From IMG/VR virus record IMGVR_UViG_3300020045_002337, positions 1-28,256 of that record: DNA of 28,256 nucleotides; one strand, given 5' to 3'. Below, in pieces: positions 18,400-25,995 of the stretch. The stretch's first letter is position 1; each line of letters starts with the position of its first letter. The stretch is from a virus. Lineage: Duplodnaviria > Caudoviricetes. Both the position numbers and the translations under genes were made by a program. The notes under the pieces are model-generated. The model had not been told where the DNA came from. It worked only from the letters and a program-made list of their open reading frames with translations, and made no database searches.

Positions 18400-18653
18400 T
18401 CCAAAGCCTCCCGTGCTACAGCAGCCATGCGTCGGACTGTGGCGTTGGCCTTGGGTGTGGGCATAGCGGCGATTTCTTGCAGGGCAATCATCCGAAGCGT
18501 CGCTGTTGCCCAACCCTCATTGGCCTCACGCTGACATTTGGCAACCTTGGCCTCCTCGCGCCCCAACAAGCGCGCATTCGCGACTTCCATGTATTGCGCC
18601 CGCATCAACTCGCCGCCGCTGATGAAGTTTGCCAGCCAGTATCTGAATTTCAT
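18396..18653 (-). CDS. Hypothetical phage protein
   Basis: Likely start MKFRYWLA at 18653 after GGAG. Confidence 0.65.
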   Translation of the reverse strand: MKFRYWLANFISGGELMRAQYMEVANARLLGREEAKVAKCQREANEGWATATLRMIALQEIAAMPTPKANATVRRMAAVAREALE

Positions 18654-18775
18654 TTCGCATCTCCATTCTCCCATTGCGCGCGGCCCAAAGCTGGGGAGAA
18701 AGCAGCTGGTGACGTTCGGGGATCAATCCGGGTCAGGGCCGCGCTTGCATATCATGCCGCCTATTCCGCGCTGGG

Positions 18776-18907
18776 TCAAACGGTTTTCTGGGAAGTTATC
18801 GAATAATCGCACCACCCCATTGCAGCCGAAGCGCGCTTGGCTTGGGCCTCACTGGCGTACCAAATGTATGCGCCTGCCTTGGTGTTTTCGAGGAGGTAGC
18901 GGGTCAT
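18776..18907 (-). CDS. 43-aa hypothetical protein
   Basis: Not in the track. RBS GAGGAG, then MTRYLLENTKAGAYIWYASEAQAKRASAAMGWCDYSITSQKTV. Confidence 0.6.
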   Translation of the reverse strand: MTRYLLENTKAGAYIWYASEAQAKRASAAMGWCDYSITSQKTV

Positions 18908-18920
18908 TTTGGGTTTCTCC

Positions 18921-19478
18921 TCAATAGGGCAATTCATCGTCGATATCCTCGCCAATGGTCGATCTGATCGCCGTGACTGCCGCGCCGGGGAATGCGTCCT
19001 TAACGGCGGATACGGCGTGGCGGGCGGCGTGCAAGGCTATGGCAACCTCGCGCATGGTGTAGATGGTTATGCCGGGCCTCTGCGCCTCTGCGATGGCCGC
19101 AACAGTCACATCGCGCACGATACCGAAGTGATGGCCCTCATGTTCATACTCAAACACATCTGGTGTGATCGGCTGGCGACCAAGGCTGCGCGCCTCTGCA
19201 TCCATAGCGGTCATACCCTTGATGCAGTTTGTAGCGGCAGCTGCAACCTCGGCAGGCGTCCCCTCATTGATCCGATCATTGAGGTGTGCCACGGCGCGCC
19301 CGTATTTTTCCGCCGTGACTGGCGAGACAAGACCGGGCAGGCAGTCCACGCCCCACATCCGCTCCATCTCTATGGCTACCCGGTCGAAAGGGGCTGCGGC
19401 GTGATCCTTCACGATTTCATCTTTTGTAGCCCCCGGCGTCAGAAGCCGATCAGGGCGGGCTTTGCGATGGTGCTTCAT
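18921..19478 (-). CDS. Hypothetical replication-module protein with SSB-like acidic tail (EDIDDELPY)
   Basis: 185 aa directly downstream of the putative origin. Confidence 0.75.
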   Translation of the reverse strand: MKHHRKARPDRLLTPGATKDEIVKDHAAAPFDRVAIEMERMWGVDCLPGLVSPVTAEKYGRAVAHLNDRINEGTPAEVAAAATNCIKGMTAMDAEARSLGRQPITPDVFEYEHEGHHFGIVRDVTVAAIAEAQRPGITIYTMREVAIALHAARHAVSAVKDAFPGAAVTAIRSTIGEDIDDELPY

Positions 19479-19494
19479 TTTCGATTACTCCAAC

Positions 19495-19729
19495 TGTTCC
19501 AGATTGATCATCATTCCAAACCCACCCCCGTTATAAGAAACGGGGGGTGTGGAACAGTTTTTGGCGCGTTCCGCCACTGTTCCAACGCTGTTCCACTTTT
19601 TTACATTTAGTATCAACAACTTGAAGTCAAAGTGTTCCAAACTGTTCCGCATTGGAACACTGTTCCAAAGGGTGTTCCAAGGGTGTTCCAAAGGGGGTGT
19701 TTGGAACAGTTTTTGGAACAGCTGGAACA
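19495..19729. repeat. Putative replication origin: 13 TGTTCC/GGAACA repeats, GC hairpin, AT tract and IHF-consensus site
   Basis: Repeats at 19495, 19551, 19578, 19589, 19633, 19643, 19654, 19661, 19673, 19684, 19703, 19715, 19724; TATCAACAACTTG at 19611-19623. Confidence 0.75.
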
Positions 19730-19738
19730 TCCATGTTT

Positions 19739-21856
19739 TCATAGGTCTGGATCAACTTTTGTCCCTTCGTTTAGCAGGATTTCCAATGCTTTTTTGCCTC
19801 GCGCCGTGAGTTCAAAATATCCGCGCAAGTCCTCGATCAGCTTTTCTTCGCGCAGTTTTTTCAAGATGCGCGCCATGGTCGAAACCTTTGCAAACCCCTG
19901 ATCGTTGACCAGCCGGATTTCTACGCACCGCTGGCGCACTGATTGCTGCGGATACGCGTTGATGTTGACCAGCAGGCGATCCTCCATAGTCATGGACACG
20001 GTAGCAATTTCTATGGCCCTTGAAGTGTCAAGCGGTATAGCCATGACTGTTGGCATGAGTCGCCCTTTGCTGTCCTTCACAAGGTCAGATTTGACACCCA
20101 CCAACTCAAACATAATGGGGTCGAATTCTGCCCCTCGGTGTTTGCCCTGCCAATGCAGTTCTACCGCCGCCTCGCGCTTCCATAGGCACAAGTTGCCGTC
20201 AACTTCGTTGAGCAAGGCAGAACCGCCCATGGGCGTCAGATTGCTCTTGAGCGCATTCTTTACTGGGTGCGCGGGGACTATGACAGCGGGCTTTGATTTG
20301 GCGGTAGTGATCGTTCTCAGCACGCGGGCAAAGTCGAGCATCATGGCGTTGCTGTTTGTGTCCTCGCCATCAAAGTATGCCGCCAAAGTGTCCACTACGA
20401 CCATTGTGACGTTTGGCAATTCTGCGATTTTGGCGTGGATCAGATCCATATCTTTTCGGATATTGAAGGTTCCCGCAATAAAGTGCAGGCGGCAATCCTG
20501 CGGCAATATGTTTTGCTTTTCCATTGTTGCGATCATGCGCGCCCGCACGTCATCCGGGTTTTCGCCCGCCATATAGATCACGTCGCCAGCTTCGGTTTCG
20601 CGTTCACAGACATTTTCACCGCGAGACATTGCGGTGCTGATGTAGAGCATCACAGCGGTCTTACCGCTGCCTGTTGGGGCTGTCAGGGTATAGAGACGCC
20701 CGCGCTGGATGACTCCATCTATAAGATATTCAGGCGCTACAAAGTCGCGGGTGAATTCTTCGGCGCTTTGCAGCCGCCATTGCGGCATTAGCGGCGGCGC
20801 ATCGAATGACATGCTCTGCGCGGCTTCTGGCGATGCGGGGGCATGGTCAAAGCTTGGCGTGAACGTAGCCTCTGGCGTCCAGCCCTTGCGCCTCGCCCCG
20901 TCAATAGCCGTCTGCACTTCCTGCGCCGTCTGATGGCCCGTGAAGCCCGAAAGGGTGAGTGGTTGTGTCAGCGCGTGGATTTCATCGTCTGACAGACCTT
21001 TGCCAACATATGAGGCCACGAGCCGTATAACAGCGTTGTGCCAGTCCATGCCTGACGTTGCCTGAATGGCAAGGCGTTCCCGGTCTAGGGGCGCGGCAGT
21101 GCTGCCCGTATCTATGTTGAACGTGCCCGTGTTGCGCCTAGATGGTGTTGCGGCGGATGAGAGACTTTGCCGCACGGCTGGTTCTCGCTCTCCGAATACG
21201 CGCGCCATCTGGCTCATTGTAACTGGTGCGCGTGGGTCTGCGTATTCCGTGCGCAGTTCCGTCACTTCGTTGATATAACCACGGCCTTGCTTCTTGGTAT
21301 CTGGATAGCTGACGGTCCCGCCTACACGCATGATGCGGCTCGGATTGATCACGCTGGGGTCAGAGGCGAAATGCGCGGCGATGGTCGCCTGCATCGCACG
21401 CCACTCCACCATATCGGTGCAAGGCTCTGCCAGCTCCCAATAGGTGTGCGCGCGCGTGCTTGGGGTTGTCCCGGTAACGACCGAAGCCGACCATTTCGGC
21501 CCGTCGAACCGCAGGACATTGCCCGCTGCGGCTGGATCATCGCAATCCGCCCACAAGAAGAATGCGGCTACGATATCCGCATCTGACGCGCTGCCAGATC
21601 GGGTCGGATTTATCGGATTTCGGACTGCATAAATGTTATACCCGCGCGAGTTCAGATCAACGATAAACTGCACCGCACCTTCTGGCCCGTCGATCCAGTC
21701 TGGGGCATACTTCACCACTTGAGGCTGGCAATTCTCTTTGAATGCACGGACTTCAAACATGCAGGCCGTGTGCAACTCGCCCCAGCGCCTTGTCATGTAT
21801 TTTAGGTCTGCGCGGATGGCTTCCGCATTCGGGGCTATAACTTCTTGCGGCACCAC
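19739..21856 (-). CDS. Primase-helicase: RepB-like primase N-terminal domain plus AAA_25/RecA-like helicase and C-terminal wHTH
   Basis: WADCDD, RAHTYW, DPSVINPSRIMRVGGT; APTGSGKT (Walker A), VVVDTL (Walker B), PAHPVK, MGGSALLNEVD. Start probably GTG 21856 after GAGGGG (the track uses TTG 21871). Confidence 0.88.
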   Translation of the reverse strand: MVPQEVIAPNAEAIRADLKYMTRRWGELHTACMFEVRAFKENCQPQVVKYAPDWIDGPEGAVQFIVDLNSRGYNIYAVRNPINPTRSGSASDADIVAAFFLWADCDDPAAAGNVLRFDGPKWSASVVTGTTPSTRAHTYWELAEPCTDMVEWRAMQATIAAHFASDPSVINPSRIMRVGGTVSYPDTKKQGRGYINEVTELRTEYADPRAPVTMSQMARVFGEREPAVRQSLSSAATPSRRNTGTFNIDTGSTAAPLDRERLAIQATSGMDWHNAVIRLVASYVGKGLSDDEIHALTQPLTLSGFTGHQTAQEVQTAIDGARRKGWTPEATFTPSFDHAPASPEAAQSMSFDAPPLMPQWRLQSAEEFTRDFVAPEYLIDGVIQRGRLYTLTAPTGSGKTAVMLYISTAMSRGENVCERETEAGDVIYMAGENPDDVRARMIATMEKQNILPQDCRLHFIAGTFNIRKDMDLIHAKIAELPNVTMVVVDTLAAYFDGEDTNSNAMMLDFARVLRTITTAKSKPAVIVPAHPVKNALKSNLTPMGGSALLNEVDGNLCLWKREAAVELHWQGKHRGAEFDPIMFELVGVKSDLVKDSKGRLMPTVMAIPLDTSRAIEIATVSMTMEDRLLVNINAYPQQSVRQRCVEIRLVNDQGFAKVSTMARILKKLREEKLIEDLRGYFELTARGKKALEILLNEGTKVDPDL

Positions 21857-21857
21857 G

Positions 21858-22166
21858 TTACAGCCCCTCAATCAAGTCGAGATCATCGGATGGTGCGGCG
21901 CTGGCGTCGTCATAGGCTTGCTCTATAAGCCGTCTGATAGCCATTGCACCCTCAACAGCCTTGCAGCCCTCGCGTTGGGCCTTGAGCTTGTGCGGCCAGA
22001 AGTTCAGCCAGATCGGATATTGTCCATATTCTATAATTGTCTGGACGTGCCAAGGGGCTTTGTCAGCGTTTGGCTGAAACAGTGATAGCCCCGGAAAGTT
22101 TGTGATGATTGCCGTGAACGCCGCGATGTTCACGGCTTCGTCGGGGTGATTTTGGTAAAATTGCAT
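21858..22166 (-). CDS. Hypothetical protein
   Basis: 102 aa with AGGAGG RBS. Confidence 0.75.
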   Translation of the reverse strand: MQFYQNHPDEAVNIAAFTAIITNFPGLSLFQPNADKAPWHVQTIIEYGQYPIWLNFWPHKLKAQREGCKAVEGAMAIRRLIEQAYDDASAAPSDDLDLIEGL

Positions 22167-22235
22167 TTACCCGCCTCCTATATGATAGTGCCGCGCCCTT
22201 GATCGGACGCGGCGTTGTTCAGTGTCTATTTGGAC

Positions 22236-22865
22236 TTAGAATTCAGCGTCAGCTGGCACTGTTGCCGCAGCAGCAGCTTGGGTTCCAACTGCTTGTTCCG
22301 CCGCTGGCTTGCTATCTTCTTGGGCCACTGTAAAGCCTTCTTTCAGGCAATCAGGGCGCGGCACCCATTTAACAACCTCGAGAACTGGCGTTGCAGTAGA
22401 GCCTTTGGCGAACTGCTCCATCTTATGCCCAGTCATGCGAACCAACGGCAAGCTGCCATCGCCCGGTCCAGCTTGCAGCGCTGGGATCAGGGCTGTGAAT
22501 GCGTTCCAAGACCCAACAGCAGCCTGCTCCCAGTTTGCGGTTTTGCCACCTCCAACTGCGCAGCGGATAGAGAAGCCTTTCTTATAATCGTCGCCCGGCT
22601 TCGCCGCCATTTGGCTGATGGATGGGTTCCACTTCCACTCAGGGGCCACGCCCTTCGCGCCCTCGCCCTTTTGCCAGCCTGTTTTCATGTTGGCAATGTC
22701 GAGGACAACGCCGGACTTAAATCCGTCAAACTGTGTTTTCCCGTCGCCTTCCCTGATGTAGAAATTGCGCGGGTCAACCTTTCCATCATCCGTGCCTTTT
22801 GCCGACCACGCCAACCACGGGCCTTCTCCGCCACCTGCGCCTTGGTCCATATTAAAGTTTGCCAT
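22236..22865 (-). CDS. Putative single-stranded DNA-binding protein
   Basis: Aromatic beta-rich core, flexible Ala-rich tail ending DAEF, upstream of the primase-helicase; function inferred. Confidence 0.6.
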   Translation of the reverse strand: MANFNMDQGAGGGEGPWLAWSAKGTDDGKVDPRNFYIREGDGKTQFDGFKSGVVLDIANMKTGWQKGEGAKGVAPEWKWNPSISQMAAKPGDDYKKGFSIRCAVGGGKTANWEQAAVGSWNAFTALIPALQAGPGDGSLPLVRMTGHKMEQFAKGSTATPVLEVVKWVPRPDCLKEGFTVAQEDSKPAAEQAVGTQAAAAATVPADAEF

Positions 22866-22915
22866 CTGGTTGCTTCCTACTTGCTACTTATTCCGGGATG
22901 CCGCCCCGGCGCGGA

Positions 22916-23218
22916 TCAGCTGACCGTTGAAATGCGGTCAGCGTATTCTAAGATAATTTCGTCAAACGCCTCAGGCGATGTTAGCGCCAGTTGCGCAATC
23001 ATCGGCCACAGAGCGATAAACTTACGGCGCGTTGTCGCGGCCATCTTTGGGCTGCGAAGTTCACCCATAACAACTTGAGAAACCATGCCGTCTATTTGAG
23101 ATTGTGTTGGGTCCAAAGGCAAAGCCTGCAATATGTCCCATCCAAGACTATCAAGCTTTCCAAATCTCAGTGGGTATTTTTCAATACTGTCAGCGCCTGT
23201 GTCGATGGAGAATGTCAT
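22916..23218 (-). CDS. Hypothetical protein
   Basis: Likely start MTFSIDTG at 23218 (AAGGAG RBS, ATGA overlap with the resolvase stop). Confidence 0.7.
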   Translation of the reverse strand: MTFSIDTGADSIEKYPLRFGKLDSLGWDILQALPLDPTQSQIDGMVSQVVMGELRSPKMAATTRRKFIALWPMIAQLALTSPEAFDEIILEYADRISTVS

Positions 23219-23655
23219 TTGCGCATCTCCTTTGCTACCCATGCGATGAGTGCCGCCTCGGCGCGTCCATCATCCTTGATTCGCTTCCATACATCAGAAC
23301 TGTCAGGAAAAAACATGCTGGCCTTTTCGCGCGAAGCCGATTTTGACGACGACAGCCCAAGGCGCTTCTTCCAATCAGCCGGGGTGATTTCGCGGCATGG
23401 AATTGAACGCCACGCCAGCGCGCCCTTGAGGGTGCCGTATGCTTCGGCAATCTTGACGGCGTTGGTGACGCCAATCATGCGCGGAAAGAACGGCTTTTCC
23501 AGCAATGCCATCTGAATGATCGGAAGGTTGCAAACCAGATCATGTAGCGCTGCTGTTGTATCCGGCATATCATGGCAGATCAGCGCCATCGTTTCTCCGT
23601 CAAGAACAGCCAATGCACCCTGCTTGCCCGGATCTACGCCTAGAAAGAACGCCAT
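23215..23655 (-). CDS. RuvC-like Holliday junction resolvase
   Basis: LGVDPGKQGALA, LLEKP, ITPADWKK, DDGRAEAALIA. Confidence 0.9.
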   Translation of the reverse strand: MAFFLGVDPGKQGALAVLDGETMALICHDMPDTTAALHDLVCNLPIIQMALLEKPFFPRMIGVTNAVKIAEAYGTLKGALAWRSIPCREITPADWKKRLGLSSSKSASREKASMFFPDSSDVWKRIKDDGRAEAALIAWVAKEMRK

Positions 23656-23846
23656 CACTTCACCTCGGCTGGATGGGCGGCGATGTATGCCCGCAGCTTG
23701 TCTGTGTCTTTAGCGACGATGGCAATGCGACGATCAAGCCGCGCTACTAGTCGGCTGTTTTGCGATACGCGGATACCAAGCGCAACTGGCGTAACCCCGG
23801 CGCGTTCGCAGTATTCCGCAACTTCAGTGATGATGTTGTTTTCCAT
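23655..23846 (-). CDS. Small Cro-like HTH protein
   Basis: 63 aa; VAEYCERAGVTPVALGIRVSQNSRLVARL...DKLRAYI resembles alphaproteobacterial phage Cro-like proteins. Confidence 0.65.
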   Translation of the reverse strand: MENNIITEVAEYCERAGVTPVALGIRVSQNSRLVARLDRRIAIVAKDTDKLRAYIAAHPAEVK

Positions 23847-23852
23847 GCCCTG

Positions 23853-23881
23853 ACATTAGGACGATTGTTAGCGACAGTCAA
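23853..23881 (-). promoter_or_regulatory. Promoter TTGACT-N17-TAATGT, 6 nt before the ATG (leaderless type)
   Basis: Read directly from the - strand. Confidence 0.7.
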
Positions 23882-23883
23882 GG

Positions 23884-24090
23884 CTATTTGGCCTTACGCC
23901 GCGCAATTTCTCTATTGATATACCAAGCCGCTTTCTCAAGGTCTTGTATCGCATCCCCCTTTAGATCAGCGCGCCATATGTATTTGACCGCGTTGCCGAG
24001 GTTGAACCCCATATGCTCGGTTATCTTGATGCATTCGACCCCGCTGGGGTGCTCGGTATAATGCGGCGGGTGATTAACTGGGTCTGCCAT
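23884..24090 (-). CDS. DUF3310-family protein
   Basis: DPVNHPPHY...ECI...GFNLGNAVKYIWRA...DLEKAAWYI signature. Confidence 0.92.
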   Translation of the reverse strand: MADPVNHPPHYTEHPSGVECIKITEHMGFNLGNAVKYIWRADLKGDAIQDLEKAAWYINREIARRKAK

Positions 24091-24105
24091 GAAAATCCTT
24101 TGCAG

Positions 24106-24233
24106 CGATGTAACCCCCGGCGTTAATCCGGTTAGCGCCTGACCGCGCCGGGGGTTTGTGTCGCATCGAAAAGCCCGCTTTCGCGGTCGTGTTGCACCTT
24201 CCTCGTAAGGTCAGGCGATCCGGCGTTATGCCG
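24106..24233 (-). ncRNA. Candidate structured RNA element (pseudoknot-compatible)
   Basis: Perfect 11-bp and 9-bp complementary pairs plus a CCGC-GAAA-GCGG hairpin in a 146-nt intergenic gap; strand inferred from the GNRA loop and operon direction. Confidence 0.45.
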
Positions 24234-24236
24234 AGA

Positions 24237-24536
24237 TTAGTTTACCAACGCTTTGCAGATATTGATGATTTCCTTAGAAATTGCAACGCACAGCGCTAGG
24301 CGAAGGATGTATTGCAGATAGCTTTCGTTCATATCTTGCAGCCACTGCAATCGATCAACGGTGGCTTGATGTTTGCGGATTTTGCGCGTGATTTCCTCAT
24401 GATCGGCGTTGTTATCTTCAAGCCGTTCGCAGATGCTGATTAATGACGCGGCCTGTTCTTTGGTTAGAGTTAGATTGGTTGATCCGTTAACAGCCGCATA
24501 AACTCTTAGCCGTTCTGATAATTTTAGATCGCTCAA
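24237..24536 (-). CDS. Hypothetical protein (AT-richer than neighbours)
   Basis: Likely TTG start at 24536 after GGAGG, overlapping the methyltransferase stop. Confidence 0.65.
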   Translation of the reverse strand: MSDLKLSERLRVYAAVNGSTNLTLTKEQAASLISICERLEDNNADHEEITRKIRKHQATVDRLQWLQDMNESYLQYILRLALCVAISKEIINICKALVN

Positions 24537-25180
24537 TTCAGCCTCCCCCACTGGGAAGCCATAGCAATCGCAATTCCGGGGTATGTGACAGACCTGTCGC
24601 GCGCACGATCTATGCCAGGTGAAAGCTTGTTTTGCCCGCTGTCTGTCTGGTTTGCCCAGCGCGGCTTGCCATGCACCATGCGCGGTAGGGCGTGCTTATA
24701 ATACGGCAAAGTTCTAAGCGTCGGCAAACTCTTGACCCATAGGCATGTGCGCTTGCTGGCGTCGTCGCCAAATTCGTAGGGCTGATATGTCGGGGGGCGA
24801 CCCAGAACAGACGACAGAACGCCAACAGGATTTTCAATCGCCACCCTGTCAATGCCGCAATTCCATAGGCGCAACACAAACTCAATCGCCCGTTCCCGCG
24901 CTTGGCGACGGGCGGCACCGACTAGCGTTCCGGGCTTGACCTTCTGGTGATAGGGACCGTCGCCATATGCCCACTCTGCACTGCACGTCAGATAGGTACA
25001 GTCTGGAAAGAATATCGCCCCAGACCATGCGAAGTTGTTGATTGCTTCCAGAACATCGCCCTGAATGTGGGGGCCAGGGCTGCGGGTAGGTTTTAGATCG
25101 CATGATACTGCGTCGATGCCGCGCGCCAGGAACGCGTCCCGGACAGTGCCGCTTTCTTCGCACCCAATCAACCAGGTCAA
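24533..25180 (-). CDS. Phage C5-cytosine DNA methyltransferase-like protein
   Basis: LIGCEESGTVRDAF, SCDL, GDVL, FPDCTYL, AIENPVG, QPYEFG, KRTCLW, RSVTYPGIA pattern. Confidence 0.8.
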   Translation of the reverse strand: MTWLIGCEESGTVRDAFLARGIDAVSCDLKPTRSPGPHIQGDVLEAINNFAWSGAIFFPDCTYLTCSAEWAYGDGPYHQKVKPGTLVGAARRQARERAIEFVLRLWNCGIDRVAIENPVGVLSSVLGRPPTYQPYEFGDDASKRTCLWVKSLPTLRTLPYYKHALPRMVHGKPRWANQTDSGQNKLSPGIDRARDRSVTYPGIAIAMASQWGRLN

Positions 25181-25419
25181 TTCAACCTCCCCCGCAGCAC
25201 GCGCTCAATCGCGGCCTGCATATCCTCTGGCACCATGCCGTTGACCTTGAACGGCTCCGTGATCGCGTGAAACCGCGCACCCACATCAGCAGGCGGCTTT
25301 CCGACAGCGTAGGATATAGCGATGATGCCGTAGCCCATGCCGAGGCCAGACCACAGCGCCCAGTCTTGCGCGGCGGTCCAGTCGTCGGGAAGGGTGCGTA
25401 TGTGGGTGGCGGGGGTCAT
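25177..25419 (-). CDS. Hypothetical protein, possible HTH
   Basis: ATG 25419 after GGAGG; MGYGIIAISYAVGKPPADVGARF. Confidence 0.65.
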   Translation of the reverse strand: MTPATHIRTLPDDWTAAQDWALWSGLGMGYGIIAISYAVGKPPADVGARFHAITEPFKVNGMVPEDMQAAIERVLRGRLN

Positions 25420-25431
25420 GGTGTTGCCTCC

Positions 25432-25468
25432 AATAAAAACCCCGGCGACACATGATCGCATCGCCGGG
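25432..25468 (-). terminator. Intrinsic terminator in the early leftward operon
   Basis: CCCGGCGA-loop-TCGCCGGG followed by GTTTTTATT on the - strand. Confidence 0.65.
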
Positions 25469-25505
25469 TAGTTGGCCGCACCGACAGGGATCGGGCGGCG
25501 GGCAG

Positions 25506-25724
25506 TTAGGTGGTGGGTGGTGCGGGAAGGGGTTGCCAGTGGGTGTAATCTTCACGATACGGATTGCGCTTGATGCTTTTGATTCGAAGCCATGGTGAAA
25601 CAACCGTTTTCCATACTACACCTACATCGGTTCGCCATTTTGGCGCGCCGTCATAGTTGTCAACATACTTCCCAAGCCTTACCGCCGTATCAGCAGGCGC
25701 GCTCTCAATCGGTTGCCAACTCAC
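25506..25724 (-). CDS. DUF551-like small phage protein
   Basis: MSWQPIESAP...THWQPLPAPP signature. Confidence 0.8.
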   Translation of the reverse strand: MSWQPIESAPADTAVRLGKYVDNYDGAPKWRTDVGVVWKTVVSPWLRIKSIKRNPYREDYTHWQPLPAPPTT

Positions 25725-25915
25725 TCCCGTTCCCCCTTAAAACTGAACAAGCGCCGATCCAGCCGCCGCCGTGTTGCTTTCTCGCAGAAGTCGAACCATG
25801 ACGCGGGCAGGATGCCGTTTTGGGCATGACGCCGGATAACCCGGTCATTCACACCCATCGCGGCTTTAATGCGCACGTTGCCGATCTTCTGAATGATTTC
25901 TGATGCTGTTTTCAT
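25721..25915 (-). CDS. Cro-like HTH protein
   Basis: 64 aa, first gene of the leftward arm; ASEIIQKIG...AAMGV...GILPASWF...LFSFK. Confidence 0.7.
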   Translation of the reverse strand: MKTASEIIQKIGNVRIKAAMGVNDRVIRRHAQNGILPASWFDFCEKATRRRLDRRLFSFKGERE

Positions 25916-25921
25916 GGCTCC

Positions 25922-25950
25922 ACATTACGCGAAAAATAAAGCGCCGTCAA
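25922..25950 (-). promoter_or_regulatory. Leftward early promoter TTGACG-N17-TAATGT, 6 nt before the ATG (leaderless type)
   Basis: Read directly. Confidence 0.72.
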
Positions 25951-25966
25951 GGCACAAAAAAGACCC

Positions 25967-25995
25967 TTGACGCGGCACCACGTTTGCCGCAATGT
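25967..25995 (+). promoter_or_regulatory. Rightward early promoter TTGACG-N17-CAATGT with inverted repeat GCGGCA-N7-TGCCGC
   Basis: Back-to-back with the leftward promoter; inverted repeat at 25972-25990. Confidence 0.6.

Noticed and set aside
19579-19688. Two GTTC-N7-GTTC matches (alphaproteobacterial LexA box) at 19579 and 19674
   Set aside because: Expected by chance from GTTCC repeats spaced 9-12 bp apart; no adjacent promoter seen.
19495-19729. Possible CRISPR-like array
   Set aside because: Repeats are only 6-9 bp, irregularly spaced and in both orientations, with no spacer-length unique sequences.
19485-19742. 85-aa ORF (and overlapping + ORFs) across the repeat region
   Set aside because: The peptide simply reflects the TGTTCC repeats; the region is better explained as a non-coding origin.
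18650-23230. Junction similarity GGAGATGCG(C)AAATGA at 18650-18664 and 23215-23230 flanking the replication block
   Set aside because: Needs an indel, much of it is RBS plus ATG, and no upstream gene ends at the 18650 copy; weaker than the three reported pairs.
24106-24200. Loose resemblance to a c-di-GMP-I riboswitch or hammerhead ribozyme
   Set aside because: GAAA hairpin and GGGGTTAC are present, but I could not place the conserved GGCAAA/GACGCAAAG/CUAA or CUGAUGA cores; left as an unclassified structured element.
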